Assembly (NCBI GenBank): GCA_964016885.1
Contig: OZ024744.1
Coordinates: 26,846,001 to 26,910,000 of the forward strand
DNA length: 64,000 nt
Direction of reading: 5' to 3'
Origin: Eledone cirrhosa
Lineage: Eukaryota
Under the pieces are notes generated by a model, which saw only the letters and a program-made list of their open reading frames with translations, was not told the DNA's origin and searched no databases. The translations under genes were made by a program, and so were the position numbers. Every line of letters starts with the position of its first letter. Positions within the stretch are counted from its first letter, which is position 1. This document shows positions 39,381 through 53,500 of the stretch, piece after piece.

Positions 39381-42300
39381 AAGGGAGGTAACCTTAGGGC
39401 CAGGGACTCCAGAAGTCTCCACTGTTACGGCTAGGCATGTCAGTGCATGTGGTGGTAAGAAGGGAGGTAACATTAGGGCCAGGGACACCAGAAGACTCCA
39501 CTGTTACGGCTAGGCATCTCAGTGCAAGTGTAGGTAAGAAGGGAGGTAACCTTAGGGCCAGGGACACCAGAAGTCTCCACTGTTACGGCTAGGCATCTCA
39601 GTGCGTGTGGTGGTAAGAAGGAAGTAACCTTAGGGCCAGGGACACCAGAAGACTCCACTGTTACGGCTAGACATCTCAGTGCATGTGGTGGTAAGAAGGG
39701 AGGTAACCTTAGGGTTTGGGACACCAGAAGTCTCCACTGCTACGGCCATCATCTCAGTGCATGTGGTGGTAAGAAGGGAGGTAACCTTAGGGCCAGGGAC
39801 ACCAGACGTCTCCACTGCTACGGCTAGGCATCTCAGTGCAAGTGTAGGTAAGAAGGGAGGTAACCTTAGGGCCAGGGACACCAGAAGTCTCCACTGTTAC
39901 GGCTAGGCATCTCAGTGCGTGTGGTGGTAAGAAGGAAGTAACCTTAGGGCCAGGGACACCAGAAGACTCCACTGTTACGGCTAGACATCTCAGTGCATGT
40001 GGTGGTAAGAATGGAGGTAACCTTAGGGTTTGGGACACCAGAAGTCTCCACTGCTACGGCTAGGCATCTCAGTGCATGTGGTGGTAAGAAGGGAGGTAAC
40101 CTTAGGGCCAGGGACACCAGAAGTCTCCACTGTTACGGCTAGGCATCTCAGTGCATGTGGTGGTAAGAAGGGAGGTAACATTAGGGCCAGTGACACCAGA
40201 AGACTCCACTGTTACGGCTAGGCATCTCAGTGCATGTGGTGGTAAGAAGGGAGGTAACCTTAGGGCCAGGGACACCAGAAGTCTCCACTGTTACGGCCAG
40301 GCATCTCAGTGCATGTGGTGGTAAGAAGGGGGTAACCTCAGGGCCAAGGACACCAGAAGTCTGCACTGTTACGGCTAGGCATCTCAGTGCATGTCGTGGT
40401 AAGAAGGGAGGTAACCTTAGGGCCAAGGACACCAGAAGACTCCACTGTTACGGCTAGGCATCTCGGTGCATGTGGTGGTAAGAAGGGAGGTAACCTTAGG
40501 GCCAAGGACACCAGAAGTTTCCACTGCTACCGCTAGGCATCTCAGTGCATGTGGTGGTAACGAGGGAGGTAAACTTAGGGCCAGGGACACCAGAAGTCTC
40601 CACCGCTACGGCTAGGCATCTCAGTGCATGTGGTGGTAAGAAGGGAGGTAACCTTAGAGCCAAGGACACCAGAAGTCTCCACTGTTACGTCTAGGCATCT
40701 CAGTGCATGTGGTGGTAAGAAGGGAGGTAACCTTAGGGCCAGGCACACCAGAAGTCGTCACTGTTACGGCTAGGCATCTCAGTGCATGTGGTGGTAAGAA
40801 GGGAGGTAACCTTAGGGCCAGAGACACCAGAAGTCTCGACTGCTAAGGCTAGGCATCTCAGTGCATGTGGTGGTAAGAAGGGAAGTAACCTTAGAGCCAG
40901 GGACACCAGAAGTCTCCACAGTTACGGCTAGGCATGTCAGTGCATGTGGTGGTAAGATGGGAGGTAACCTTAGGGCCAGGGACACCAGAAGTCTCCACTG
41001 TTACGGCTAGGCATCTCAGTGCATGTGGTGGTAAGAAGGGAGGTAACCTTAGGGCCAGGGACACCAAAAGTCTCCACTGTTACGGCTAGGCATCTCAGTG
41101 CATGTGGTGGTAAGAAGGAAGTAACCTTAGGGCCAGGGACACCAGAAGACTCCACTGTTACGGCTAGGCATCTCAGTGCATGTGGTGGTAAGAAGGGAGG
41201 TAACCTTAGGGTTTGGGACACCAGAAGTCTCCACTGCTACGGCCAGGCATCTCAGTGCATTTGGTGGTAAGAAGGGAGGTAACCTTAGGGCCAGGGACAC
41301 CAGACGTCTCCACTGCTACGGTTAGGCATCTCAGTGCATGTGGTGGTAAGAAGGGAGGTAACCTTAGGGCCAGGGACACCAGAAGACTTCACTGTTACGG
41401 CTAGGCATCTCAGTGCATGTGGTGGTAAGAAGGGAGGTAACCTTAGGGCCACGGACAGCAGAAGTCTCCACTGCTACGGCGAGGCATCTCAGTGCATGTG
41501 GTGGTAAGAAAGGAGGTAACCTTAGGGCCAAGGACACCAGAAGCCTCCACTGTTAGGACTAGGCATGTCAGTGCATGTGGTGGTAAGAAAGCAGGTAACC
41601 TTAGGGCCAGGGACACCAGAAGTCTCCACTGCTACGGCGAGGCATCTCAGTGCATGTGGTGGTAAGAAGGGAGGTAACCTTAGGGCCACGGACAGCAGAA
41701 GTCTCCACTGCTACGGCGAGGCATCTCAGTGCATGTGGTGGTAAGAAAGGAGGTAACCTTAGGGCCAAGGACACCAGAAGCCTCCACTGTTACGACTAGG
41801 TATGTCAGTGCATGTGGTGGTAAGAAAGCAGGTAACCTTAGGGCCAGGGACACCAGAAGTCTCCACTGCTACGGCGAGGCATCTCAGTGCATGTGGTGGT
41901 AAGAAGGGAGGTAACCTTAGGGCCAGGGACTCCAGAAGTCTCCACTGTTACGGCTAGGCATGTCAGTGCATGTGGTGGTAAGAAGGGAGGTAACATTAGG
42001 GCCAGGGACACCACAAGACTCCACTGTTACGGCTAGGCATCTCAGTGCAAGTGGTGGTAAGAAGGGAGGTAACCTTAGGGCCAGGGACACCAGAAGTCTG
42101 CTCAGTTACGGCTAGGCATCTCAGTGCATGTGGTGGTAAGAAGGAAGTAACCTTAGGGCCAGGGACACCAGAAGACTCCACTGTTACGGCTAGACATCTC
42201 AGTGCATGTGGTGGTAAGAAGGGAGGTAACCTTAGGGTTTGGGACACCAGAAGTCTGCACTGCTACGGCCAGGCATCTCAGTGCATGTGGTGGTAAGAAG

Positions 42301-45300
42301 GGAGGTAACCTTAGGGCCAGGGACACCAGACGTCTCCACTGCTACGGCTAGGCATCTCAGTGCATGTGGTGGTAAGAAGGGAGGTAACCTTAGGGCCAGG
42401 GACACCAGAAGTCTCCACTGCTACGGCTAGGCATCTCAGTGCATGTGGTGGTAAGAAGGGAGGTAACCATAGGGCCAGGGACACCAGAAGTCTCCACTGT
42501 TACAGCTAGGCATCTCAGTGCATGTGGTGGTAAGAAGGGAGCTAACATTAGGGCCAGGGACACCAGAAGACTCCACTGTTACGGCTAGGCATCTCAGTGC
42601 ATGTGGTGGTAAGAAGGGAGGTAACCTTAGGGCCAAGGACACCAGAAGTTTCCACTGCTACCGCTAGGCATCTCAGTGCATGTGGTGGTAAGGAGGGAGG
42701 TAAACTTAGGGCCAAGGACACCAGAAGTCTCCAATGTTACGGCTAGGCATCTCAGTGCATGTGGTGGTAAGAAGGGAGGTAACCTTAGGGCCAAGGACAC
42801 CAGAAGTCCCCACTGCTACGGCTAGGCATCTCAGGGCACGTGGTGGTAAGAAGGGAGGTAACCTTAGGGCCAGGCACACCAGAAGTCTCCACTGTTACGG
42901 CTAGGCATCTCAGTGCATGTGGTGGTAAGAAGGGAGGTAACCTTAGGGCAGGGACACCAGAAGTCTCCACTGTTACGGCTAGGCATGTCAGTGCATGTGG
43001 TGGTAAGAATGGAGGTAACCTTAGGGCCAGGGACACCAGACGTCTCCACTGCTACGGCTAGGCATCTCAGTGCATGTGGTGGTAAGAAGGGAGGTAACCT
43101 TAGGGCCAGGGACACCAGAAGACTTCACTGTTACGGCTAGGCATCTCAGTGCATGTGGTGGTAAGAAGGGAGGTAACCTTAGGGCCAAGGACAGCAGAAG
43201 TCTCCACTGCTACGGCGAGGCATCTCAGTGCATGAGGTGGTAAGAAGGGAGGTAACCTTAGGGCCAAGGACACCAGAAGCCTCCACTGTTACGACTAGGC
43301 ATGTCAGTGCATGTGGTGGTAAGAAAGCAGGTAACCTTAGGGCCAGGGACACCAGAAGTCTCCACTGCTACGGCGAGGCATCTCAGTGCAACTGGTGGTA
43401 AGAAGGGAGGTAACCTTAGGGCCACGGACAGCAGAAGTCTCCACTGCTACGGCGAGGCATCTCAGTGCATGTGGTGGTAAGAAAGGAGGTAACCTTAGGG
43501 CCAAGGACACCAGAAGCCTCCACTGTTACGACTAGGCATGTCAGTGCATGTGGTGGTAAGAAAGCAGGTAACCTTAGGGCCAGGGACACCAGAAGTCTCC
43601 ACTGCTACGGCGAGGCATCTCAGTGCATGTGGTGGTAAGAAGGGAGGTAACCTTAGGGCCGGGGACTCCAGAAGTCTCCACTGTTACGGCTAGGCATGTC
43701 AGTGCATGTGGTGGTAAGAAGGGAGGTAACATTAGGGCCAGGGACACCAGAAGACTCCACTGTTACGGCTAGGCATCTCAGTGCAAGTGTAGGTAAGAAG
43801 GGAGGTAACCTTAGGGCCAGGGACACCAGAAGTCTCCACTGTTACGGCTAGGCATCTCAGTGCGTGTGGTGGTAAGAAGGAAGTAACCTTAGGGCCAGGG
43901 ACACCAGAAGACTCCACTGTTACGGCTAGACATCTCAGTGCATGTGGTGGTAAGAAGGGAGGTAACCTTAGGGTTTGGGACACCAGAAGTCTCCACTGCT
44001 ACGGCCATCATCTCAGTGCATGTGGTGGTAAGAAGGGAGGTAACCTTAGGGCCAGGGACACCAGACGTCTCCACTGCTACGGCTAGGCATCTCAGTGCAA
44101 GTGTAGGTAAGAAGGGAGGTAACCTTAGGGCCAGGGACACCAGAAGTCTCCACTGTTACGGCTAGGCATCTCAGTGCGTGTGGTGGTAAGAAGGAAGTAA
44201 CCTTAGGGCCAGGGACACCAGAAGACTCCACTGTTACGGCTAGACATCTCAGTGCATGTGGTGGTAAGAATGGAGGTAACCTTAGGGTTTGGGACACCAG
44301 AAGTCTCCACTGCTACGGCTAGGCATCTCAGTGCATGTGGTGGTAAGAAGGGAGGTAACCTTAGGGCCAGGGACACCAGAAGTCTCCACTGTTACGGCTA
44401 GGCATCTCAGTGCATGTGGTGGTAAGAAGGGAGGTAACATTAGGGCCAGGGACACCAGAAGACTCCACTGTTACGGCTAGGCATCTCAGTGCATGTGGTG
44501 GTAAGAAGGGAGGTAACCTTAGGGCCAGGGACACCAGAAGTCTCCACTGTTACGGCCAGGCATCTCAGTGCATGTGGTGGTAAGAAGGGGGTAACCTCAG
44601 GGCCAAGGACACCAGAAGTCTGCACTGTTACGGCTAGGCATCTCAGTGCATGTGGTGGTAAGAAGGGAGGTAACCTTAGGGCCAAGGACACCAGAAGACT
44701 CCACTGTTACGGCTAGGCATCTCGGTGCATGTGGTGGTAAGAAGGGAGGTAACCTTAGGGCCAAGGACACCAGAAGTTTCCACTGCTACCGCTAGGCATC
44801 TCAGTGCATGTGGTGGTAACGAGGGAGGTAAACTTAGGGCCAGGGACACCAGAAGTCTCCACTGCTACGGCTAGGCATCTCAGTGCATGTGGTGGTAAGA
44901 AGGGAGGTAACCTTAGGGCCAAGGACACCAGAAGTCTCCACTGTTACGTCTAGGCATCTCAGTGCATGTGGTGGTAAGAAGGGAGGTAACCTTAGGGCCA
45001 GGCACACCAGAAGTCGTCACTGTTACGGCTAGGCATCTCAGTGCATGTGGTGGTAAGAAGGGAGGTAACCTTAGGGCCAGAGACACCAGAAGTCTCGACT
45101 GCTAAGGCTAGGCATCTCAGTGCATGTGGTGGTAAGAAGGGAAGTAACCTTAGGGCCAGGGACACCAGAAGTCTCCACAGTTACGGCTAGGCATGTCAGT
45201 GCATGTGGTGGTAAGATGGGAGGTAACCTTAGGGCCAGGGACACCAGAAGTCTCCACTGTTACGGCTAGGCATCTCAGTGCATGTGGTGGTAAGAAGGGA

Positions 45301-47133
45301 GGTAACCTTAGGGCCAGGGACACCAAAAGTCTCCACTGTTACGGCTAGGCATCTCAGTGCATGTGGTGGTAAGAAGGAAGTAACCTTAGGGCCAGGGACA
45401 CCAGAAGACTCCACTGTTACGGCTAGGCATCTCAGTGCATGTGGTGTTAAGAAGGGAGGTAACCTTAGGGTTTGGGACACCAGAAGTCTCCACTGCTACG
45501 GCCAGGCATCTCAGTGCATTTGGTGGTAAGAAGGGAGGTAACCTTAGGGCCAGGGACACCAGACGTCTCCACTGCTACGGTTAGGCATCTCAGTGCATGT
45601 GGTGGTAAGAAGGGAGGTAACCTTAGGGCCAGGGACACCAGAAGACTTCACTGTTACGGCTAGGCATCTCAGTGCATGTGGTGGTAAGAAGGGAGGTAAC
45701 CTTAGGGCCAAGGACAGCTGAAGTCTCCACTGCTACGGCGAGGCATCTCAGTGCATGTGGTGGTAAGAAAGGAGGTAACCTTAGGGCCAAGGACACCAGA
45801 AGCCTCCACTGTTAGGACTAGGCATGTCAGTGCATGTGGTGGTAAGAAAGCAGGTAACCTTAGGGCCAGGGACACCAGAAGTCTCCACTGCTACGGCGAG
45901 GCATCTCAGTGCATGTGGTGGTAAGAAGGGAGGTAACCTTAGGGCCACGGACAGCAGAAGTCTCCACTGCTACGGCGAGGCATCTCAGTGCATGTGGTGG
46001 TAAGAAAGGAGGTAACCTTAGGGCCAAGGACACCAGAAGCCTCCACTGTTACGACTAGGTATGTCAGTGCATGTGGTGGTAAGAAAGCAGGTAACCTTAG
46101 GGCCAGGGACACCAGAAGTCTCCACTGCTACGGCGAGGCATCTCAGTGCATGTGGTGGTAAGAAGGGAGGTAACCTTAGGGCCAGGGACTCCAGAAGTCT
46201 CCACTGTTACGGCTAGGCATGTCAGTGCATGTGGTGGTAAGAAGGGAGGTAACATTAGGGCCAGGGACACCACAAGACTCCACTGTTACGGCTAGGCATC
46301 TCAGTGCAAGTGGTGGTAAGAAGGGAGGTAACCTTAGGGCCAGGGACACCAGACGTCTGCACAGTTACGGCTAGGCATCTCAGTGCATGTGGTGGTAAGA
46401 AGGAAGTAACCTTAGGGCCAGGGACACCAGAAGACTCCACTGTTACGGCTAGACATCTCAGTGCATGTGGTGGTAAGAAGGGAGGTAACCTTAGGGTTTG
46501 GGACACCAGAAGTCTGCACTGCTACGGCCAGGCATCTCAGTGCATGTGGTGGTAAGAAGGGAGGTAACCTTAGGGCCAGGGACACCAGACGTCTCCACTG
46601 CTACGGCTAGGCATCTCAGTGCATGTGGTGGTAAGAAGGGAGGTAACCTTAGGGCCAGGGACACCAGAAGTCTCCACTGCTACGGCTAGGCATCTCAGTG
46701 CATGTGGTGGTAAGAAGGGAGGTAACCATAGGGCCAGGGACACCAGAAGTCTCCACTGTTACAGCTAGGCATCTCAGTGCATGCGGTGGTAAGAAGGGAG
46801 CTAACATTAGGGCCAGGGACACCAGAAGACTCCACTGTTACGGCTAGGCATCTCAGTGCATGTGGTGGTAAGAAGGGAGGTAACCTTAGGGCCAAGGACA
46901 CCAGAAGTTTCCACTGCTACCGCTAGGCATCTCAGTGCATGTGGTGGTAAGGAGGGAGGTAAACTTAGGGCCAAGGACACCAGAAGTCTCCACTGTTACG
47001 GCTAGGCATCTCAGTGCATGTGGTGGTAAGAAGGGAGGTAACCTTAGGGCCAAGGACACCAGAAGTCCCCACTGCTACGGCTAGGCATCTCAGGGCACGT
47101 GGTGGTAAGAAGGGAGGTAACCTTAGGGCCAGG
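39381..47133. repeat. Block duplication, offset 4259 bp (54 monomers): ~39381-42874 vs ~43640-47133
   Basis: ORFs 39473-42436 recur at +4259. Shared markers are CAAGTGTAGG, ACGGCCATCATC, TCTCGGTGCA, GGTAACGAGGG, CACCACAAGAC and CAGGGCACGTGG. Confidence 0.88.
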
Positions 47134-47586
47134 GACACCAGAAGTCTCCACTGTTACGGCTTGGCATCTCAGTGCATGTTGTGGTACGAAGGGAGGTAAC
47201 CTTAGGGTTTGGGACACCAGAAGTCTTCACTGCTACGGCCAGGCATCTCAGTGCATGTGGTGGTAAGAAGGGAGGTAACCTTAGGGCCAGGGACACCAGA
47301 AGACTCCACTGTTACGGCTAGGCATCTCAGTGCATGTGGTGGTCAGAATGGAGGTAACCTTAGGGCCAGGGACACCAGAAGTCTCCACTGTTACGGCTAG
47401 GCATGTCAGTGCATGTGGTGGTAAAAAAGGAGGTAACCTTAGGGCCAGGGACACCAGAAGACTCCACTGCTACGGCTAGGCATCTCAGTGCATGTGGTGG
47501 TCAGATGGAGGTAACCTTAGGGCCAGGGACACCAGAAGTCTCCACTGTTACGGCTAGGCATGTCAGTGCATGTGGTGGTAAAAAAG

Positions 47587-50500
47587 GAGGTAACCTTAGG
47601 GCCAGGGACACCAGAAGTCTCCACTGCTACGGCTAGGCATCTCAGTGCATGTGGTGGTAAGAAGGAAGGAACCGTAGGGCCAAGGACACCAGAAGTCTCC
47701 ACTCTTACGGCTAGGCATCTCAGTGCATGTGGTTGTAAGAAGGGAAGTAACCTTAGGGCCAGGGACACCAGAAGTCTCCACTGCTACGGCTAGACATCTC
47801 AGTGCATGTGGTGGTAAGAAGGGAGATAACCTAAGGGCCAGGGACACCAGAAGTCTCCACTGTTACGGCTAGGCATCTCAGTGCATGTGGTGGTAAGAAG
47901 GGAGGTAACCTTAGGGCCAGGGACACCAGAAGTCTCCACTGTTACGGCTAGGCATGTCAGTGCATGAGGTGGTAAGAAGGGTGGTAACCTTAGGGCCAGG
48001 GACACCAAAAGTCTCCACTGCTACGGCTAGGCATCTCAGTGCATGTGGTGGTAAGAAGGGAGGTAACCTTAGGGCCAGGGACACCAGAAGTCTCCACTGC
48101 TACGGCTAGGCATCTCAGTGCATGTGGTGGTAAGAAGGAAGTAACCTCAGGGCCAAGGACACCAAAAGTCTCCACTGTTACGGCTAGGCATCTCAGTGCA
48201 TGTGGTGGTAAGAAGGGAGGTAACCTTAGGGCCAGGGACACCAGAAGTCTCCACTGTTACGGCTAGGCATCTCAGTGCATGTGGTGGTAAGAAGGGAGGT
48301 AACCTTAGGGCCAGGGACACCAGAAGTCTCCACTGTTACGGCTAGGCATCTCAGTGCATGTGGTGCTAAGAAGGGAGGTAACCTTAGGGCCAGGGACACC
48401 AGAAGTCTCCACTGCTACGACTAGGCATCTCAGTGCATGTGGTGGTAAGAAGGGAGGTAACCTTAGGGCCAGGGACACCAGAAGTCTCCACTGCTACGAC
48501 TAGGCATCTCAGTGCATGTGGTGGTAAGAAGGGAGGTAACCTCAGGGCCAGGGACACCAGACGTCTCCACTGTTACGGGTAGGCATCTCAGTGCATGTGG
48601 TGCTAAGAAGGGAGGTAACCTTAGGGCCAGGGACAGCAGAAGTCTCCACTGCTACCTCTAAGCATCTCAGTGCATGTGGTGGTAAGAAGGGAGGTAACCT
48701 GAGGGCCAGGGACACCAGACGTCTCCACTGTTACGGGTAGGCATCTCAGTGCATGTGGTGGTAAGAAGGGAGGTAACCTTAGGGCCAAGGACACCAGAAA
48801 TCTCCACTGTTACGGCTAGGCATCTCAGTGCATGTGGTGGTAAGAAAGGAAGTAACCTTTGGGCCAAGGACACCAGAAGTCTCCACTGCTACGTCTAGGC
48901 ATCTCAGTGCATGTGGTGGTAAGAAAGGAAGTAACCTTTGGGCCAAGGACACCAGAAGTCTTCACTGTTACGGCTAGGCATGTTAGTGCATGTGGTGGTA
49001 AGAAGGGTGGTAACCTTAGTGCCAGGGACACCAGAAGTCTCCACTGTTACGGCTAGGCATCTCAGTGCATATGGTTGTAAGAAAGGAGGTAAACTTAGGG
49101 CCAGGGACACCAGAAGTCTCCACTGTTACGGCTAGGCATCTCAGTGCATGTGGTGGTAAGAAGGGAGGTAACCTTAGGGCCAGGGACACCAGAAGTCTCC
49201 ACTGCTACGGCTAGGCATCTCAGTGCATGTGGTGGTAAGAAGGGAGGTAACCTTAGGGCCAGGGACAGCAGAAGTCTCCACTGCGACCGCTAGGCATCTC
49301 AGTGCATGTGTTGGTAAGAAGGGAGGTAACCTTAGGGCCAGGGACACCAGACGTCTCCACTGTTACGGGTAGGCATCTCAGTGCATGAGGTGTTAAGAAG
49401 GGAGGTAACCTTAGGGCCAGGGACACCAGAAGACTCCACTGTTACGGCTAGGCATCTCAGTGCATGTGGTGGTAAGAATGAGTTAACCTTAGGGCCAGGG
49501 ACACCAGAAGACTCCACTTTAACGGCTAGGCATCTCAGTGCATGTGGTGGTAAGAAAGGAAGTAACCTTTGGGCCAAGGACACCAGAAGTCTCCTCTGTT
49601 ACGGCTAGGCATCTCAGTGCATGTGGTGGTAAAAAGGGAGGTAACCTTAGGGCCAGGGACACCAGAAGTCTCCACTGCTACGGCTAGGCATCTCAGTGCA
49701 TGTGGTGGTAAGAAGGAAGTAACCTTAGGGCCAAGGACACAAGAAGTCTCCACTGTTACGGCTAGGCATCTCAGTGCATGTGGTGGTAAGAAGGGAGGTA
49801 ACCTTAGGGCCAGGGACACCAGAAGTCTCCACTGCTACGGCTAGGCATCTCAGTGCATGTGGTGGTAAGAAGGAAGGAACCGTAGGGCCAAGGACACCAG
49901 AAGTCTCCACCCTTACGGCTAGGCATCTCAGTGCATGTGGTTGTAAGAAGGGAAGTAACCTTAGGGCCAGGGACACCAGAAGTCTCCACTGCTACGGCTA
50001 GGCATCTCAGTGCATGTGGTGGTAAGAAGGAAGTAACCTTAGGGCCAGGGACACCAGAAGTCTCCACTGCTACGGCTAGACATCTCAGTGCATGTGGTGG
50101 TAAGAAGGGAGGTAACCTAAGGGCCAGGGACACCAGAAGTCTCCATTGTTACGGCTAGGCATCTCAGTGCATGTGGTGGTAAGAAGGGAGGTAACCTTAG
50201 GGCCAGGGACACCAGAAGTCTCCACTGTTACGGCTAGGCATGTCAGTGCATGAGGTGGTAAGAAGGGAGGTAACCTTAGGACCAGGGACACCAGAAGTCT
50301 CCACTGCTACGGCTAGGCATCTCAGTGCATGTGGTGGTAAGATGGAAGTAACCTTAGGGCCAAGGACACCAGAAGTCTCCACTGTTACGGCTAGGCATCT
50401 CAGTGCATGTGGTGGTAAGAAGGGAGGTAACCTTAGGGCCAAGGACACCAGAAGTCTTCACTGTTACGGCTAGGCATGTCAGTGCATGTGGTGGTAAGAA

Positions 50501-53500
50501 GGGTGGTAACCTTAGTGCCAGGGACACCAGAAGTCTCCACTGTTACGGCTAGGCATCTCAGTGCATGTGGTGGTAAGAAGGGAGGTAACCTTAGGGCCAA
50601 GGACACCAGAAGTCTTCACTGTTACGGCTAGGCATGTCAGTGCATGTGGTGGTAAGAAGGGTGGTAACCTTAGTGCCAGGAACACCAGAAGTCTCCACTG
50701 TTACGGCTAGGCATCTCAGTGCATGTGGTGGTAAGAAGGGAGGTAACCTTAGGGCCAGGGACACCAGAAGTCTCCACTGTTACGGCTAGGCATCTCAGTG
50801 CATGTGGTGCTAAGAAGGGAGGTAACCTTAGGGCCAGGGACACCAGAAGTCTCCACTGCTACGACTAGGCATCTCAGTGCATGTGGTGGTAAGAAGGGAG
50901 GTAACCTTAGGGCCAGGGACAGCAGAAGTCTCCACTGCTACCGCTAGGCATCTCAGTGCATGTGGTGGTAAGAAGGGAGGTAACCTGAGGGCCAGGGACA
51001 ACAGACGTCTCCACTGTTACGGGTAGGCATCTCAGTGCATGTGGTGGTAAGAAGGGAGGTAACCTTAGGGCCAAGGACACCAGAGATCTCCACTGTTACG
51101 GCTAGGCATCTCAGTGCATGTGGTGGTAAGAAAGGAAGTAACATTTGGGCCAAGGACACCAGAAGTCTCCACTGTTACGGCTAGGCATCTCAGTGCATGT
51201 GGTGGTAAGAAGGGAGGTAACCTTAGGGCCAGGGTCACCAGAAGTCTCCACTGCTACGGCTAGGCATCTCAGTGCATGTGGTGGTAAGAAGGAAGTAACC
51301 TTAGGGCCAAGGACACCAGAAGTCTCCACAGTTACGGCTAGGCATCTCAGTGCATGTGGTGGTAAGAAGGGAGGAAACCTTAGGGCCAGGGACACCAGAA
51401 GTCTCCACTGCTACGGCTAGGCATCTCAGTGCATGTGGTGGTAAGAAGGAAGGAACCGTAGGGCCAAGGACACCAGAAGTGTCCACTCTTACGGCTAGGC
51501 ATCTCAGTGCATGTGGTTGTAAGAAGGGAAGTAACCTTAGGGCCAGGGACACCAGAAGTCTCCACTGCTACGGCTAGGCATCTCAGTGCATGTGGTGGTA
51601 AGAAGGAAGTAACCTTAGGGCCAGGGACACCAGAAGTCTCCACTGCTACGGCTAGACATCTCAGTGCATGTGGTGGTAAGAAGGGAGGTAACCTAAGGGC
51701 CAGGGACACCAGAAGTCTCCACTGTTACGGCTAGGCATCTCAGTGCATGTGGTGGTAAGAAGGGAGGTAACCTTATGGCCAGGGACAGCAGAAGTCTCCA
51801 CTGCTACCGCTAGGTATCTCAGTGCATGTGGTGGTAAGAAGGGAGGTAATCTTAGGGCCAGGGACACCAGACGTCTCCACTGTTACGGGTAGGCATCTCA
51901 GTGCATGTGGTGGTAAGAATGGAGGTAACCTTAGGGCCAAGGACACCAGAAATCTCCACTGTTACGGCTAGGCATCTCAGTGCATGTGGTGGTAAGAAGG
52001 GAGGTAACCATAGGGCCAGGGACACCAGAAGACTCCACTGTTACGGCTAGGCATCTCAGTGCATGTGGTGGTAAGAAGGGAGGTAACCTTAGGGCCAGGG
52101 ACACCAGAAGACTCCACTTTAACGGCTAGGCATCTCAGTGCATGTGGTGGTAAGAAAGGAAGTAACCTTTGGGCCAAGGACACCAGATGTCTCCACTGTT
52201 ACGGCTAGGCATCTCAGTGCATGTGGTGGTAAGAAGGGAGGTAACCTTAAGGCCAGGGACACCAGAAGTCTCCACTGCTACGGCTAGGCATCTCAGTGCA
52301 TGTGGTGGTAAGAAGGGAGGTAACCTTAGGCCCAGGGACACCAGAAGTCTCCACTGCTACGGCTAGGCATCTCAGTGCATGTGGTGGTAAGAAGGAAGTA
52401 ACCTTAGGGCCAGGTACACCAGAAGTCTCCACTGCTACGGCTAGACATCTCAGTGCATGTGGTGGTAAGAAGGGAGGTAACCTAAGGGCCAGGGACACCA
52501 GAAGTCTCCACTGTTACGGCTAGGCATCTCAGTGCATGTGGTGGTAAGAAGGAAGTAACCTCAGGGCCAAGGACACCAGAACACTCCACTGTTACGGCTA
52601 GGCATCTCAGTGCATGTGGTGGTAAGTATGGAGGTAACCTTAGGGCCAGGGACACCAGAAGTCTCCACTGTTACGGCTAGGCATCTCAGTGCATGTGGTG
52701 GTAAGAAGGGAGGTAACCTTAGGGCCAGGGACACCAGAAGTCTCCACTGCTACGGCTAGGCATCTCAGTGCATGTGGTGGTAAGAAGGAAGTAACCTTAG
52801 GGCCAAGGACACCAGAAGTCTCCACTGTTACGGCTAGGCATCTCAGTGCATGTGGTGGTAAGAAGGGTGGTAACCTTAGTGCCAGGGACACCAGAAGTCT
52901 CCACTGTTACGGCTAGGCATCTCAGTGCATGTGGTGGTAAGAAAGGAGGTAAACTTAGGGCCAGGGACACCAGAAGTCTCCACTGTTACGGCTAGGCATC
53001 TCAGTGCATGTGGTGGTAAGTATGGAGGTAACCTTAGGGCCAAGGACACCAGAAGTCTCCACTGCTACGGCTAGGCATCTCAGTGCATGTGGTGGTAAGA
53101 AGGGAGCTAACCTTAGGGCCAGGGACACCAGAAGTCTCCACTGCTACGGCTAGGCATCTCAGTGCATGTGGTGGTAAGAAGGAAGTAACCTTAGGGCCAA
53201 GGACACCAGAAGTCTCCACTGTTACGGCTAGGCATCTCAGTGCATGTGGTGGTAAGAAGGGAGGTAACCTTAGGGCCAGGGACACCAGAATTCTCCACTG
53301 CTACGGCTAGGCATCTCAGTGCATGTGGTGGTAAGAAGGAAGTAACCTTAGGGCCAAGGACACCAGAAGTCTCCACTGTTACGGTTAGGCATCTCAGTGC
53401 ATGTGGTGGTAAGAAGGGAGGTAACCTTCGGGTCAAGGACACCAGAAATCTCCACTGTTACGGCTAGGCATGTCAGTGCATGTGGTGGTAAGAAGGGAGG

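Larger units (their letters stand above)
27901..47586. repeat. Satellite subfamily domain B (first)
   Basis: Enriched for the variants TTAGGGTTTGGGAC, ACGGCCAGG, ACGGCGAGG, AGAAAGCAGG, GAAGCCTCC, AGTCGTCAC, AGTCTCGAC and AGTCCCCAC. Confidence 0.75.
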
